A DNA stretch of 64,000 bases from Styela clava (lineage: Eukaryota). The stretch is taken from assembly GCF_964204865.1 (NCBI RefSeq), contig NC_135263.1, forward strand, positions 5,456,001 to 5,520,000, written 5' to 3'. Made by a program: the position numbers and the translations under genes. Position 1 is the first letter of the stretch. Each line of letters begins with the position of its first letter. The notes beneath the pieces were generated by a model, which was not told the DNA's origin, searched no databases, and saw only the letters and a list, made by a program, of their open reading frames with translations. This document shows positions 34,690-49,600 of the stretch, one piece after another.

Positions 34690-37600
34690 ATGGACTCAAA
34701 GTTGTCTGGAAAACTGCTTCTCAAAACAAAGTAAGTTTTTTTCCTCTTATTTAAAAAATGATTTAAAACATGCAAAATTGTACTTTATTATCAACTAATG
34801 GTCCATAATTTAGGTGTTTAAAGATTGTTCTCTTTCTAGTTTTGCTTGCCCACCCAATCTATTGCACCTTGGGTTAGGTGGTGGGCATGGTATATGAACC
34901 CGAAATGTGTAACCCGCGATGTCATTATTCATTTCCTACTTTCTAATAACTAAATTGTTCTGTTATTTTTTAGCTTTGCAGTGAAGCATAAATGGGAGCC
35001 ATTTTACACTGGAGGATCAGTAGTTTGTCATAATGATGGTAAAACATTGTTATGTTCATGTGGAGATTCTGTCAAAGTCATTAATATTGAAACTGGAGAA
35101 GTAAAACACAGTTTGTCTCAGGTTGGGGTGATTTTTGTTCAATTTAAATATGAATAAAAATGAAAGACTATCATTGTTTCAGCAATATAATGTTGGAGAG
35201 GTCGAACTGAAAAAACTCGACAGGTTTCTGAATGATGATTAATCCTATATCATTGTGAACAAGCAAATTCATAATCACTATCATACCCAGATCTGTGGAG
35301 TTTGAGTTCATCTTATTTATTTTTCTTGATATTGAACATGAGTTGACATTCTAATTTTTTTGAGTCCAAGTCCCATTTTAGACCCTTATTAATGATGATA
35401 ATTGAGATACAAATTTTTAGGAAAACTCAAATTGCATTGAGTTAACTAAGCAGTCTCAATGGGCACTTTAAGAAGGAACGTGTACGGCATTGTGTCTTTT
35501 AACAAAATTAAGTTCGAAGCTGGAGAGTTGAAATTTCTTCTAATATGTGGCTAAAGTTGGATTCAAATGATTTGTCATTTCGGGAGTCATTTTTCAATAT
35601 CTCGTCGTTTGGAGTCGGGGCTGGGTGTGAATTTTTAGCTAATCCAAACTCCGAGAATATCAAATTTTATATGGAAGCCTTTGTATACACAAGCTGTCTT
35701 TTATAGGCCCCATTTGATAACACTGTTTTAGTTACTTTGAAAACTTCTTCTTTTATCGCCATTGAAAGTTTGAAAATTCTGATCCGCGACTAATGGGTTA
35801 TCCATATTGGACTCTGCCCCCCTAAATCCGACTCCACTGACTGCTATAGACTTGGTTTTAATCTGCTTTTCTATTTTTCAAATTTTTATGTTTTTTACCA
35901 GGAGGGAGATGATGTCACTTGTATTTTATCTAGTCCAGATAATAACATCATTGTTTCTGCCACAAGATCTTTGTTACTGAAAGAATGGAAAATTGAGAAT
36001 GAGGTGGCAAAATGTGTGAGAACATGGAAAGCAATTCATACTTCACCAATTCTGTGCATGGATTTTGATGCGACATCTACACTCCTTGCCACAGGTATGA
36101 GCACAGAAGTAATTGTAGTCAAATAAAAAGATTTGATAATACAGCTCATAAAAAACTCCCAAAATTGTTACTTATCGATCTTTAGATCGGTAAGCATGTT
36201 GATACCTATTTGTCTGTTTTTCTGTCTGTCTGTTTGTCTGTTAGACGCACACGATATCTCACGAATGCGTGGTTGAATCTGCTCCAAATTTTGCATTAGC
36301 ATTCATCATATCTCGGACCAGAAGCCTATTGATTTTGGATGAATTATGTCATAAAATTAGCGAGTTATTAATTAATTAGTGATGGGACACACGGTGTCAC
36401 TATAGAGTCATGAATCGAAACCGTAGTTTCGATTGATAAGTCTTCGGTCTCCTACCGATATTCTCGTTTACATTTCAAAGGAAATTTAGCAATGCAATAT
36501 ATAGTTTGCTCTCTACTTGAAAGAAGTTTTGCAAAGTAAATTTTACATTGGCAAACTTTATCAAAATCAAATTCATCAGTTTAATGAGAAGTTGAAATAT
36601 TTTTGAATTCAAAAAAAATGGAGAACGAATTTAAAACTGAAATGCACAAATTGGCAATTTCCTAAATTCAATTGGTCAAAGCGATGGATGAAGCACATTT
36701 CAAATGCAATCTGAAATTAGATTTATTTTGTGCAATCCTAATCACAAAATTCGCTTTATACATGAGTGTGAGTTTGGCTTGATTAATAATGGTTTTATGT
36801 TTGGATAATATTTTTGTCCACACTATGTACGTTTTCACGCTGCACCTTTATCCACATACTCTGAATCTAAATCTACTGAAATATCTAAATATCAACATGT
36901 AATTAGCTATTCTCTTATTCATTATTTAGGAAGCAGTGATAGTACCATTAAAATATGGGATATGTTGCATCAGTATTGCACTCATAATCTGAGAGGATCC
37001 CAAGGTGTAATATCAGTTGTGAAATTCCATCCACACGATTTACAATTGTTTTCTGCGTCTAATGATTATGTTATTAGAATATGGAATCTACACACGAGCA
37101 GGTATGATCTTTTATTCATTTGGTGATACTTTGTTTGATGAGTCTTGTGCAGGGGTGGGCATGGGCCGCGACGAGATTTTGACCAGCCCGCTGACTGTAC
37201 ATCAGTACATTATGATATTACATTATTACACTTTTAGTACATTATGATAAATTCATTATGAGTTTTTTGGTCTCTATTTTTTTCTAGTTTAATTTTCAAT
37301 TTAAACACGATTTATAATTTTCTTTCTTGCATTAGTTAATAAATATGTGATTAAGATATTGAATACTATTCATGTTATAATCCGGCCTGCTGGGAACTTC
37401 ATTTTCTAACATCTGGCCCGTCGACTAGAGAAGTTGGTACGACCACTGGTACAGAAGCTACTGAGACTTTACAGTAGAAGAATTACAGCATCGTATTATA
37501 CTTTCACATCGTTCGCTATGAATAACGCTCTGAACAAGCTTCCATTGATATAAATGTAATTTTTTTTTTAAAAAGCTGGAAATCTCTCCAGTTCTGCATG

Positions 37601-40600
37601 ATGTGGTGCGCAGAGGGTTATCCCGAGATATTTCATCTGATATGGCAACATTGCCAAAGATTGCACTTATTCTTAATTTTCATGTTTCAGTTTTTATTAA
37701 CTAGTTCTCTGTTTTCAGATGCATTTGTATGCTGAATGGACATGTTAGTGCAGTTACATCACTTTCATTCATTACAAAAACTGAATCTCAAATATCTTTA
37801 ATAAGTGGAGGAAGAGACAGTGTGTTGTGTGTCTGGGACTTGTCGCAATGTAAAGACAAAAACACTGTCGAACCAAATAAAACAATCCCTGTATATGAGA
37901 CTATTGAAGGATTATTAGTTTTGCCAAACCAACATATTACTAAACTTATAAAGACTGCAATTTCCGATGAATCTTCGCATGTTTTAACTGCTGGAAGTAG
38001 TGGAAATTTGAGAGTTTGGAATTTATCAACCGGGAAATGTATATACACACAAAAGGTAAATATGTAATTCAAGGTGATACCTCTGGGTTGGATAGTAGTT
38101 CTAAGTGTAGCGTTTAATAAGCATATTTATTGTTCAATTAATAATATTTTATCTGTCTTCTACCTCTATCTACCCTTCTCTCCAAGCCAATTGATCTACT
38201 AGGCCTATTCTGAATACATTCTAAAACATTGGTTCTCAAACCTTTTTTGTTGAGGCCCTTCCCTTTTTAGAATTGATCGAGTCTCGCGCCACACCTTAAA
38301 AATAACTAGCTAACAATAAGCTACAAATACCAGATAGTATTGCGAATGTTTTATTTGAATTTGTCCTTGAAGTTCAGAAATGTTGAGATTCAGTGATTTA
38401 GAAGTGCTTTTTTATTTTAACATTGTTCAGAAATTGAATCAAGAGCTTCTGGGTCGAACTCTGAGATATCAATTGATCGAAATGAAATTTTTTCAAATAA
38501 AAATAGCCCTTTCCTGAATTATTCGTAAAATCAAGAATTTAAATTTCAAAACTATTCAAATAATCTATCGGCTTCGAAATTTTTCCGAACGATGTGAAGA
38601 TATAGACAGGCCTTTTACTTTGTGGCCCTGCACAAGCAGTTATAGTAATGTGTATATGCTCAGGTGGCCATGCATTTAAGTATATTATATCTTTGTGCCC
38701 TTTCTTGCTCCTAACTTCGCATACTCTGTTTTTAGCGTTTAACTGAAACAGAAGAGACTAAATCAGACTCAGAACATGGAGCCATTGTTGATCTTCTTTA
38801 TCTTGAAAATATTGAAAAATATGCAACCGTGACTTTCGATCATAATATCAACATTTTTAATTACGATGACGGTTTTGTTGAAGATAGACATGTAAGTCTG
38901 TTGAGTAGAGATGTTTTAGACAGGTTCAATATAATAGTTGAGCATTAATTAGAGCCAAACTGAGATGCCTTCTGTTAAAACTATATAGCACTAGCTCTGC
39001 AAATATTCTTGATGATATTTTTTAAGTATTTTATAAGAATATCACTCAAACATTTTTTTTTAAGCCATCGATCAAAAGGAAAATTCGTACTAATTTACAA
39101 GAAACTACTGATTTTTGCTACTATTCTTCTTTAGCTCGTTGGTTATAACGATGAAGTTTTAGATGTTCGGTTCTTTGGTCCATCAGACAGTCATATTGTC
39201 GTTGCAACTAACAGTCCTCTTGTAAAAGTTTTCGATCGAAAAACATCTTCTTGCCAACTACTATCTGGACATCGAGACACTGTTCTATGCCTTGATGTGT
39301 TTAAAGATGGTTTGATCCTTGCAAGCGGATCAAAGGTACAAGATTATATGTATAGATGCTCTGAGATGTAGTGAAAAATTTTGAACAGTTTTTGGATTTG
39401 ACGAACATTCCTCATTTTGTCTGGATATGTCAACTTAATGGAAAATTTATATATACGGTATCTGTCGGAACTAAAATTAAATAAGAGACCCAAAGAACAT
39501 GGCAGTTATATTAGGAGCCAAAGCTTCTCTCGCATGGGTTTTATGATAACGTTTTGGGTAGACTCCATTTAGGATTAAATTATCAGAATTAAATTCAAAT
39601 TATGGCCAGATATTTTTTTTCATTATTAGGAGGTGTGTAATACAACTTTGTTAAATAAAACTTAACGGAATATATATCAGTTATGATAAGTTAGTTGCTT
39701 GCTACAAAATACGTTTTGCAGATTATCGCGTTTTCAAAATACGAAGTTAGTTTAGTTTCACAGTGTGTATCTTTAACAATGTGTCATTGTACCACTAGGT
39801 GCCAGCATTGGTTCATCAACACTTTCACATACATCTTGTCAACATTATGAAATCCAAACAAATGTTATCCCTAATGCTTGTATTTTTCAGTTATCAATGA
39901 TTTTTTCAGGACAACTCAATCCGTTTGTGGAGGATGAATCCAGAAACTTTTAAAACAACCTGTATTGCAGTAGGAAGAGGACATGCTCATGCTGTCAACA
40001 CAGTCGCTTGTTCAAGGTAGGAAATAAACTTGCTGTGGTGTTTAAGCCTGACACTAAAGGCAATGGGAAATTCTGTTATTAACAACCAACAAGATAGGCT
40101 TTCACCTCATCTACTGGTTGGAGTTGGAGTCTTACAAATTCATTCTGAAACACAGGAGACTTATCTCCAAGCAATAAAACAGCAATTATGAAGATCATGA
40201 TAATTGTTGGGCAAGTTTCTGTAATAGAATCGAGATAATGTAGGAATGTAACAATATGACTTGTCACATCAAGATGACTTTTTTATAATAACCTGAAAGA
40301 ACAAGTATTTTGACTTCCAGTTATATCTTGTTTAGGTCTGAATAAGTTAGACCATGATCTTATACAAGCTTACTAATACACATGCTATTTCTTAGAAATA
40401 GTTTATGCCACTCTTATAATACTATCTTATCAAGTATCACTGTGACAATGGTCACATACAGATCCAAGTTGGGAAACAGACAACAAGAAAATACTTACAG
40501 TTAATACATAATATCCTAGTACCTTGACCACATCGAAAAGTTGAATGCAGGTCTTCATCCGTTCAGATTATTGAGTTTATTTTTTAATATGAATTAGTTC

Positions 40601-43600
40601 GAAGCAAAGTAATATATAGTTTATAAATTTTATTAAGTAGTTGCAAAATATTTCAAATAAAAATGATAAATAGGCAACTAAATTGTTCAATATTGAAATG
40701 CTGAATCCAAGTTTCATTAAAGTTGCATGATACTTGCACGATCATGGATTGAAATATGTTTGCAAGTTATGAGTCATGGATTGAGGAATGGTTTGTAGCA
40801 ATCCCAAAACTTGTTGGCTTGGTATTACGAGTGTTTCCTCACATTGTGTTTTCCCACATACTCTTGTTAGACTGAAATTTTTTTTATTTTCAATATATTG
40901 ATGGGTTCCAAGCATTCCAACTTCCAAGCTCTTCTTTTCCCTCGAATAGTGGCAATTGTATACTGTCAATAAAATTTTTGAAAATTTTCAGGGTTTTCTC
41001 TTATATGATTGGATTGTTTTCTTCATAGTGTTCCCTGAATTCAGTTACACGGGTGTCACTTCTTCCAGATATCTTCTTAATAAAATACTTCTTCCCATGG
41101 CAAGCAATATTAAATTATATTTTCTACTATTGTATAGTTTGATCGAGATGACTTTGATCTTTGACCTCTTAGCCATTTTTAACTATGCTGAGTCTGCATT
41201 GTAGTCTGCTTTTGATGTATCATGTATTTCCCCATTGTACTGATTTCATTGAATTCAATGCAGTTTGTATATCATAGTCTGCTGATATGCCAGAGTAGTC
41301 CTGAGAAGAGAAGATTTTTGAATTAGTCGTACTATTTATTGATTGTAGCTGTAGTTTATTAGACAGATTATGTTTGCAACTATGTATGCTCTTTCTGTAC
41401 TCCTGTAGTGTGTGTACCAGGTTAGGGTTAGGCCATAATTTTATTCTGGCTTTCCTTATTTTAGTTCTATTACAAGTTCAGGGACTGTCTGTGTTAGCCA
41501 AGTGAATATACCTCCTGCCCATAGGCTTCCGTTTCTTTACACAACTTCATGTAAAGTAGGCGAACAAAAAAGAGAGATTTTCACAAAGTCGAGTGTCATT
41601 AACGTTTGAAATATATTATTTTGGAAGAAGATGCAAGTGCAAGAAAAGATTGAAAATGGGCATTATTGATCCTAAAAATTGATAGAAACTTGAAATTAAC
41701 ACAAAACCTGAATTTCTTTATGAATTATTTAACTGCAATTCTTGACATTTGTAGAATATTGTTTAACTTAACCAGATGAAAAATAAAATTCAAATTTAAA
41801 ATCATGTTTGAATGAATTCATACCAGTAGTAACCCTATTTATAAGTTAAATATTGAAATTCAAATTGAAGGGTATTTTGGATTTTGTTTTTTCGTAACTA
41901 TATCAATAATATTTTTAGCTAACACTTTTTGCTATACTTTTGCCTGCCATACGTGGTACCATCTTGATGCTAGTTGCAACCTTTCAGTTTTTAAAAGAAG
42001 TATGGACTCTTAGAATAAGATAAATACTCTCATATGGATAAGGCTGTTTAATGCCAGCATGAGTAATAGCATATTCATGTTGTACTAGTTTAGATTGAGC
42101 TGTAATAATAAGCTGCACATGACTCACTATAATGAGGTTTTAATATTATAAAGCGCTTGTGCTTTTAACAGTGTTATATCGATAATGTCACATAAGAGTA
42201 ATATCAATATTGGTCGGGCTAAGTCTTGAAACATTGCCAGCTTTAGTTTTATTTCTCCCTATTTGCAATAACAATAATTTTCTGTGAGTTGCTGCACACT
42301 AACACAAATGTATTCATGTAACGTTTTATCTGACCGAGTTCAAACTTCTCCAAACGAGAATATTTCAACTGGCAATAAAAGCAATAGCATGCACGTGAAT
42401 AATGGTCAAATTGTTAATTTTGTTTTCAATACAGAAAAATAGAATTATGGACACTTAAAAAAAAAAATAGGGAAATCAACTATGAATAAATAATACATGC
42501 AAACTTCTGCACTTTAGTGAGGAACAATTGAACGTAAATAAATTTAATCAGTTACACTCGCATTTTCACTGTATTTTACAACCTAGTCCTTCAGCAACTT
42601 CAATACTATTTTACTTATATACATAGCACTACCTTGATTGTTATTTGTTACTGCAAATATTTTACAAAAATGTTCTGAAGAGTAATGAGTAAGCCACATG
42701 TCAGTTGCGACATATTTTTTGTGTAATTATGCCCTCACCATTGCTCAGTTTCAGTTTTGTCACAATGCTTTTGTTTCTACTAGAAAGTTAATCGCTGGTC
42801 CTCGATATAGTTTCCTTCAAGCACTTCAGTGGGCGCTCTAGAAGTGTGTGTACCAATATGGAGGTAGCTAATTTTGTTTGTCTATTTCACATTCAGTAAG
42901 TTGTGTAAAAGGACTGAAACCTATGGCCAGTGGATATATTCACTTGGCTAACACAGAAAGTCCTTGAAATCGTAATAGAACTGAAAATAAGGAAAATCGG
43001 AATAAAATTATGGCCTAACCCTAATGTGGTACACATACTATGGGATTAACTTTAAGTGGTTACTCCAACGGCAAATTATGCTCGTTAATAATTATCCTAA
43101 TGTGTTGTTTTTTAATAAAAGCTTCAAGACAAATTTCATACATACTTGCATAGGGGGCGGAAAATCTCCATTAATTTTCAAAGAGTCGAGTGAAATCGGT
43201 GGAGGAAAGTTTTCATCTGGAGCTGGTATGTCAATATCTTCAAAGTTATACTCTCTGCTTGCTGATTCTCCATTCATTATCGAAGGGGGAGTCGGGGGTG
43301 GTGGCAGGAAATTTGTTTGGTTCGATGGTGGTATTTCCAAATTGCTTGTTCCACCTCAAAAAATTATAAAGAAACAATAAATAACAATGCTGTATGTAAG
43401 TTTTTCAATGCCAAGAATTATATTATAAAGGTACTAATGATTAGTGCCAGTAGTGAAAATTATCTAAAAATACACTATGAAAGCTCATATTTCGAGATTT
43501 TTAGTTTTTTAGGATGAAATATTGATGGTTATTAAGGGACAACTTACATTACATTCTACTCTACAGAGTAAACCAAGATACAGAACCCATAAATTTCTCA

Positions 43601-46600
43601 AATATTTTCATGAAAATGGAGGAAATTTGTTTATCACTCTAACATGATTGTACCCAAATTGAGTTTATGATTGTACCCAAAAGATTCAGTAATCTTTGCA
43701 CAAACGTTATGTTCTCTTTAGAATAAGTTATGAACATCCTGGGTTCTGTTTTTTGGGCCTTTTTATTTTGTCTCTTTTCTTCTCACCTGGTACATTTCCA
43801 TTCACAATTTTATCGTCGCATTCTCTTTCATCCTCACTGCTTGACCATTCTTCATCAGTAAAATACTCATCTTCCTCTTCTGTTGGATTCTTCTCTTGTG
43901 GGATGAATTCGACTCCCATCTTCAACTTTTGAGCGTTAATTATCCGACTTGCTTTTGCTCGCTTCACTCTTCGTAATTTTGTTTGTCGCACTGTTCGCTT
44001 GGCTTTCCTGTAGTGTATATGGTGTTTAGAGTATCTGTCATGTGACTTTGAGAAGATTCTGAATTCTCTTGCCCCATGGGTATTTATTGTCTAGAATTTT
44101 CCATTCAAATAAAAATTACCGGTAGGTAGCTGTTAGCCACTGTGCTTAGCTGGGGCGGTGAAGTCTGGGAGTTTTGCATGCTTCCATTGCTATTTTAATC
44201 GTAATTTCAAATTCTTTGTAGAGCTTATAATCGGTTATGGCAGGAACAATCAACTGCATACAATCAGAAATCAAACGAAATTCTTATGTTTCTGTTGGAA
44301 TTTGGGCATCTGCAAGAATGATTTTACTATAGTTGTAAAATTGTTCCAATAAATCGGTAAAAATTCTAATGGTAGCCTATTTAACTATTGCTTTTTTGTA
44401 CAGTGCTTTTCCATCTGTACATACAGCTTCTGCTTGGTAAGAAGCTATGTTTGTGAAAGAGGTTGGATCATTCCGGTTCCACAATACCTACCCAATTGAT
44501 TGCATCCTGAGTGAAGTGGTAGGCAATGGATTTTAACCCCAGATTTTGAATTATTTTCGAAAAATTTACTCACATGTCTGATTTATTTTGTTGCTCAGCT
44601 ATCATCTGTTGCAATGAATCTTGCCATGCCATGAAAAATAAGTCCGGATTCGAATAGATTTTACTGCCTTGTTTATTATCAGTTCGAAATTTATCAAGTT
44701 CATGTAACTTAGGCAATGCTTCGGCTGTTTCTCGTAAAGTAGTTACTTCAATGGGTTGCCCATTTTGCATAAATAATCCAGTTTCCATGTTCTGGTCAGA
44801 CTGCGAATTAGACACAAAATATGTATGTTGAATCAGTTTTAACAATATTTATTGCAATTTGATTGGGATAATGCAAAAGCAATGGCCTATTGTATATGAC
44901 TTTTTAATAAAAAATCTTCATTCATCAATCAAAAATTTCATCAATCTGTTGTTTGGTTGTATTACTTTATTAACCAGGTTTTCTAAAACTGGGTCCACTG
45001 TTAACTCTTTCACCAAACCATACAATTTGTCTTTCTTTGGTTGTTTATGAAGCCACAGAAAAAATATTTTTTTAGTTGCATCTGTATTAGGCCTATATAA
45101 TTATGATAAGTCAACTCACCTGATAAAACCTTCCTCGTTCGGTTATTAACTTATAAACAACTCTTTTATCTCTTCCAAAAGCTACACCAACTTCTTCTTT
45201 AAGTGAATCCAGTTCATTAACTTTTTGTTCAACATTATCCAAACGAGATTTTACGTCCTTCAAACGCGTAGTTAAATTTGCGCTTTCATTTAATAGTGTC
45301 CCGAATATTTGGTCTACTTGACCAGAGAGTGTAGCAAGCTGTCTGATGAAGTTGGCTAGAATCAAGTTACTATATTCATGTAAAGTTACTCGTTCATTTT
45401 GTCCCTTTCTTTGTAATCCTTGGCAAAGGTGTTTTGGTTCAACTAAATGCCTTGGAAATGGCATTTTGATAAACAAAGAATTTCTGTTTCAAATATTTTT
45501 TTTGTATATAACAGTATTAGTATTGCTTCTGGAAGAAAGTTTTGTGAAATTTGCACAGATTAAAAACAGACAATGCAAGTATATAATTAAAATATTTCAA
45601 AAATGTGTAGTTTTCATTTGAAAATTGCAACCAATAAGAATGATAATATGGAACCATAAGATAATCAGAAGAAATACTTTACTGTCTAACATTTTGATTC
45701 AAATTGTGCAACACTGTCACAGAGAATGAATGGTGTGTGGGTCGTCCTTCTTTTTGCACATTGTAATAAGTCAGTGGCTGCTTGTATAGGGCCTTGTTCA
45801 GAGCTAACATTATGAATATGTGGCATATTGTAATAATTTTTTATTCCTTGTAGGCCTGAGTATAAATCTAAATTTTGAAGATATCAAGCTTGGGCTTGCA
45901 CCCAATTTCTGCAATGTTCAACACCAACATTCTCAGACCAGTTAGTGACTTACCTAACTTTTCTGTCTGCCAACAATCCAACAATAATCCCACTTATATC
46001 ACAAACTCACAATGCTTGAAAGGCTCTTCATAGTTGCTCACTACTCCTATTCTGTGATTGTCTGAATGAAAGAAACTAGACTATTTCACACTCAAACAAC
46101 CTGATTTATTAATCATAGCAAGGTTTAATCTGTCAACCCAACCCTACTACATCCCATAGCCATACATAATCATCAATCTAAACCAGACATGGGCAAATTA
46201 CGGCCTGTGGGACAAATCCTGCCCGTTGGGTAATTCAATCTGGCCCGCCTGATGCTGCCACAACCAAACTGAAACCAAATTTTGATGTTTTAGCTAAAAA
46301 TAGCTCAAGGAATTTGTTGAGATTGCGGTTAAATTTAGTTTTGGCACGGGGCCTATTGTTTTCCACTGTTGCTTCTGTAACACTGTATACATTGTTCATA
46401 GAAAGTAACTTTTCACGTCATACTTGTGTTCAGATTGACGATATTAAAAACCTGTAAAAGTATTCATACCCCAACCTTTCATTGATCAAATGCATAATAA
46501 GATTTCATGCAAGCCACTCGAGTCGTTGCACAGTTGGACTCTCAATTTCGTTATTGTGCGCTAACAATTTCCTTATTGAACTCATACTGAGAAGAAAAAC

Positions 46601-49600
46601 CTAATTCTTTTCCGTATCACACATGATCCTTTATTAACATTATAAAGAATTCATACATATTGCCATTAAGGCTTCATATGTACTCATTGTTTTGTACGTT
46701 GGCGGTTTTTTTCTTGATTAGTCCGCCTTCTGACCTCTTTAAATGAATCTTGCTTGAACCTACTACGATATATAGTTAATCAACTACAAGTCACAAAAGC
46801 TGGATTATCCAGATTTGTACTAAGTTGGCATTACTAAACAAGTTTAATATTAGTTAATGGATTTTTGAATATGCATGTGTTTCTAAAGTTAGAATTACAT
46901 TTTTGTTATGAAGATAGTTGTAAATGTATATTAATCAGGTTTGTTTTATTTTATTCAAGTTTTTTATTTTTTATTTAATACACCTTTATAGGCCTGAAAC
47001 ATGTGAAAGTTCTTTGAACCTAATTGAATACAGGACTTTACGAACACTATGTATATATTTAACCAGAACATTGAAATTCTCCCATGTTTGAAGCTTTTTT
47101 GTTGTTATATTCCAATACAATTATGAAACCTTGTCTTATGATTAGCATTTTCCGAACATTGCACTTTTGAAATTGAAACTGAAGTTAGTGAAATCATCGG
47201 TAATATCAGCAATACATCAGTAATATTTACACTTACATGCCACTTGTAGCAGTGATATAATCAATTAGATTATAAAGTGAGTTAATAACAATGAAAAGCC
47301 AGTCAAATAGGATTGAATAAAACAGACAACTAAAATTTTCTCCCAACAATTCACTGAAAAAGTTTGATAAATTTTGCAATTAAATAGTTGCATCAAGATT
47401 TGTTGTCAATTTTGTATCAATAACCTCTACTGTGCACTGTTATGTACTGATTATGCTCGTTTTATGAAAGTGATTCAAGAGTCTTGCAACACACTAACAC
47501 AAAATATTGTGTAATGTTTCGTCTGACCAAATCAGATCTCGTTGTAGTTCAATTATGCATGTCAGAGGAAGTCTGACCTCGGTCAGACGAAACGTTACAA
47601 TAATATATCTGTTAGCGTGCAGCATAATTCTTGAATCACTTTCATTATAGCCTACTGTTCATGAACCAGCCTAATTAGTATATAACAGTACATAATGGTT
47701 ATCTTAACTTAAATATGTATAAGGAAGTTAGTCCAGCAGAAAGCCAAGCGATTGCAGAAGTGTAATAAAATGCAAATTTTTTCTATTCTATGCAAGCAGT
47801 GGCGTATCTACGTGAAATAGCGCCCATGGCGAAGTTTAAAAATACGCCCCCTTGATAGGCTAATTGTTCGACAATTTAAAATGAATATTATTGAATTGAG
47901 AAACTTGTACGTTATTATTTGAGTAAAAACAAGAGTTTATGTTATTTCCAATTGAAATTATTCTATTGAAACTTTGTATGATTAATAATACTTTTCGTCG
48001 TTTTTGCGCCCCTGTTCAAACAGCGCCCAATGGCACAGGCCATATTTGCCACACCCTAGATACGCCACTGTATGCAAACAACATATACATATTTTACATT
48101 ACTCAATGACATAGTGATTGTGCCACTATTGGATAACCCCCTCTTTAAGTTGTGACATCATAATGCCTATTTCCAACTAGAAACAACTCAAAACTACCCA
48201 ATCTGCTTTTGACAAAGTTTAATGCACTGACTTACTTCACTTAATCTTTGCCTAAGAATTTGATTTAACCAAGATTTCAAATTTTTGCCTATACAGAATA
48301 CCGAACTATTCAGACATACACATATCCCAGTGGTTCTAGCAACTAAATATCTGGCCTTTGTATATTCAAATATATTTTCAAGTGTGTATTAAGATGTACT
48401 ACTATAATACTAGATAAGTTAAGAATATAAATGATACTACTCACAAACACAAAGTTACATTTTCTTCCCTCAAAAACAATTAAATTCTCTGGTGAGGGAT
48501 TCCTCCTCTATTGGGAAATACTGACGTATCCAATCCAAAAAATCCCTTCCCGATTTCATAGATTTCTTTATTTTCATTATGACGTTAAATTTTTTTTTCT
48601 GCAGTTTTAAATATCGTGCTAAAGTTTAGTCCACTCTGCGACTGAACCTAGAATAGCATTTCATGGCTGCCACAGTTATTGCTTTAAAATAAATTCTCCT
48701 TTTCCAAAGCCTCGCACTGCTTTCCAATTGTTAAATTCAACGGTCGATTTAGTCATGACACACCACACCTACTACTAGTTAGCGTTATTGTATTCATGCA
48801 TTATGTTCTATATCAGTGTTTCCATGCATTGCATCATGACCGTTCTCCCAACTTGTGTTACCGTGCACATCTACTTTCTATTTATATAACATTAATCTTG
48901 AAACATATTGGTTTCGTTGTCATCTTTTATAGTAACCTCATGAAAGCAGACTGTTGTTTCGATCTTAGATTGCAATTAAAGAGAATTTCAATGCTGTTTA
49001 TACGGTAGAAAACGAATGAATATAAATTGGTTTACATACTCGCATTTATAAATATGAATTTCATTTTATCAAAATTCAACATTTATTATGAATGGAAAAT
49101 GCACAAATGTAAATTCATTCGCGCCTGTAAGTGTAAGATTGCAAAGTACGGTTGTTAAATTGATTAAAATTCAACATTACGTTTTTTTTTTTGAGTTATC
49201 AGGTAATCAAAAGTACAGTTTCTGTCGAATTTTATCATTTAGTAAAATTAGTACATAAATATCATTACATAGATATTAATATAATTAGGTATTGGAATTT
49301 TGAATATAATTACAAAACTTTCCAAATACCAAAATAATCCATATACAGCTTTTCATTGCCACAATAACTACTTAAGCTCAGTCTTATTATGTCCATCACA
49401 ATATACTATTAATATCTAGTCTAGAAAATTTATTCTATTACGAGAATATTATTCATTTTACTATGCTATTACAAGCTTTCCTACTGGTTAAACGTCACAG
49501 GAAATTGTTCCATACTCGTGCTGCTTGCATAAGAACGAGTCACTACACGCTTTTGAGCGTAAGATCATAGATGCCTCACAAATCTATGAAATATTTCTAA

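Noticed and set aside
37597-37642. C/D-box snoRNA-like motifs in a TBL3 intron
   Set aside because: Imperfect C box, only ~43 nt to CTGA, no terminal stem or recognisable rRNA guide
42735-42785. Candidate extra WAVE exon on the minus strand (AG..GTGAGG)
   Set aside because: 38 nt long, phase-incompatible with the flanking phase-0 junctions, and encodes no WH2-like sequence
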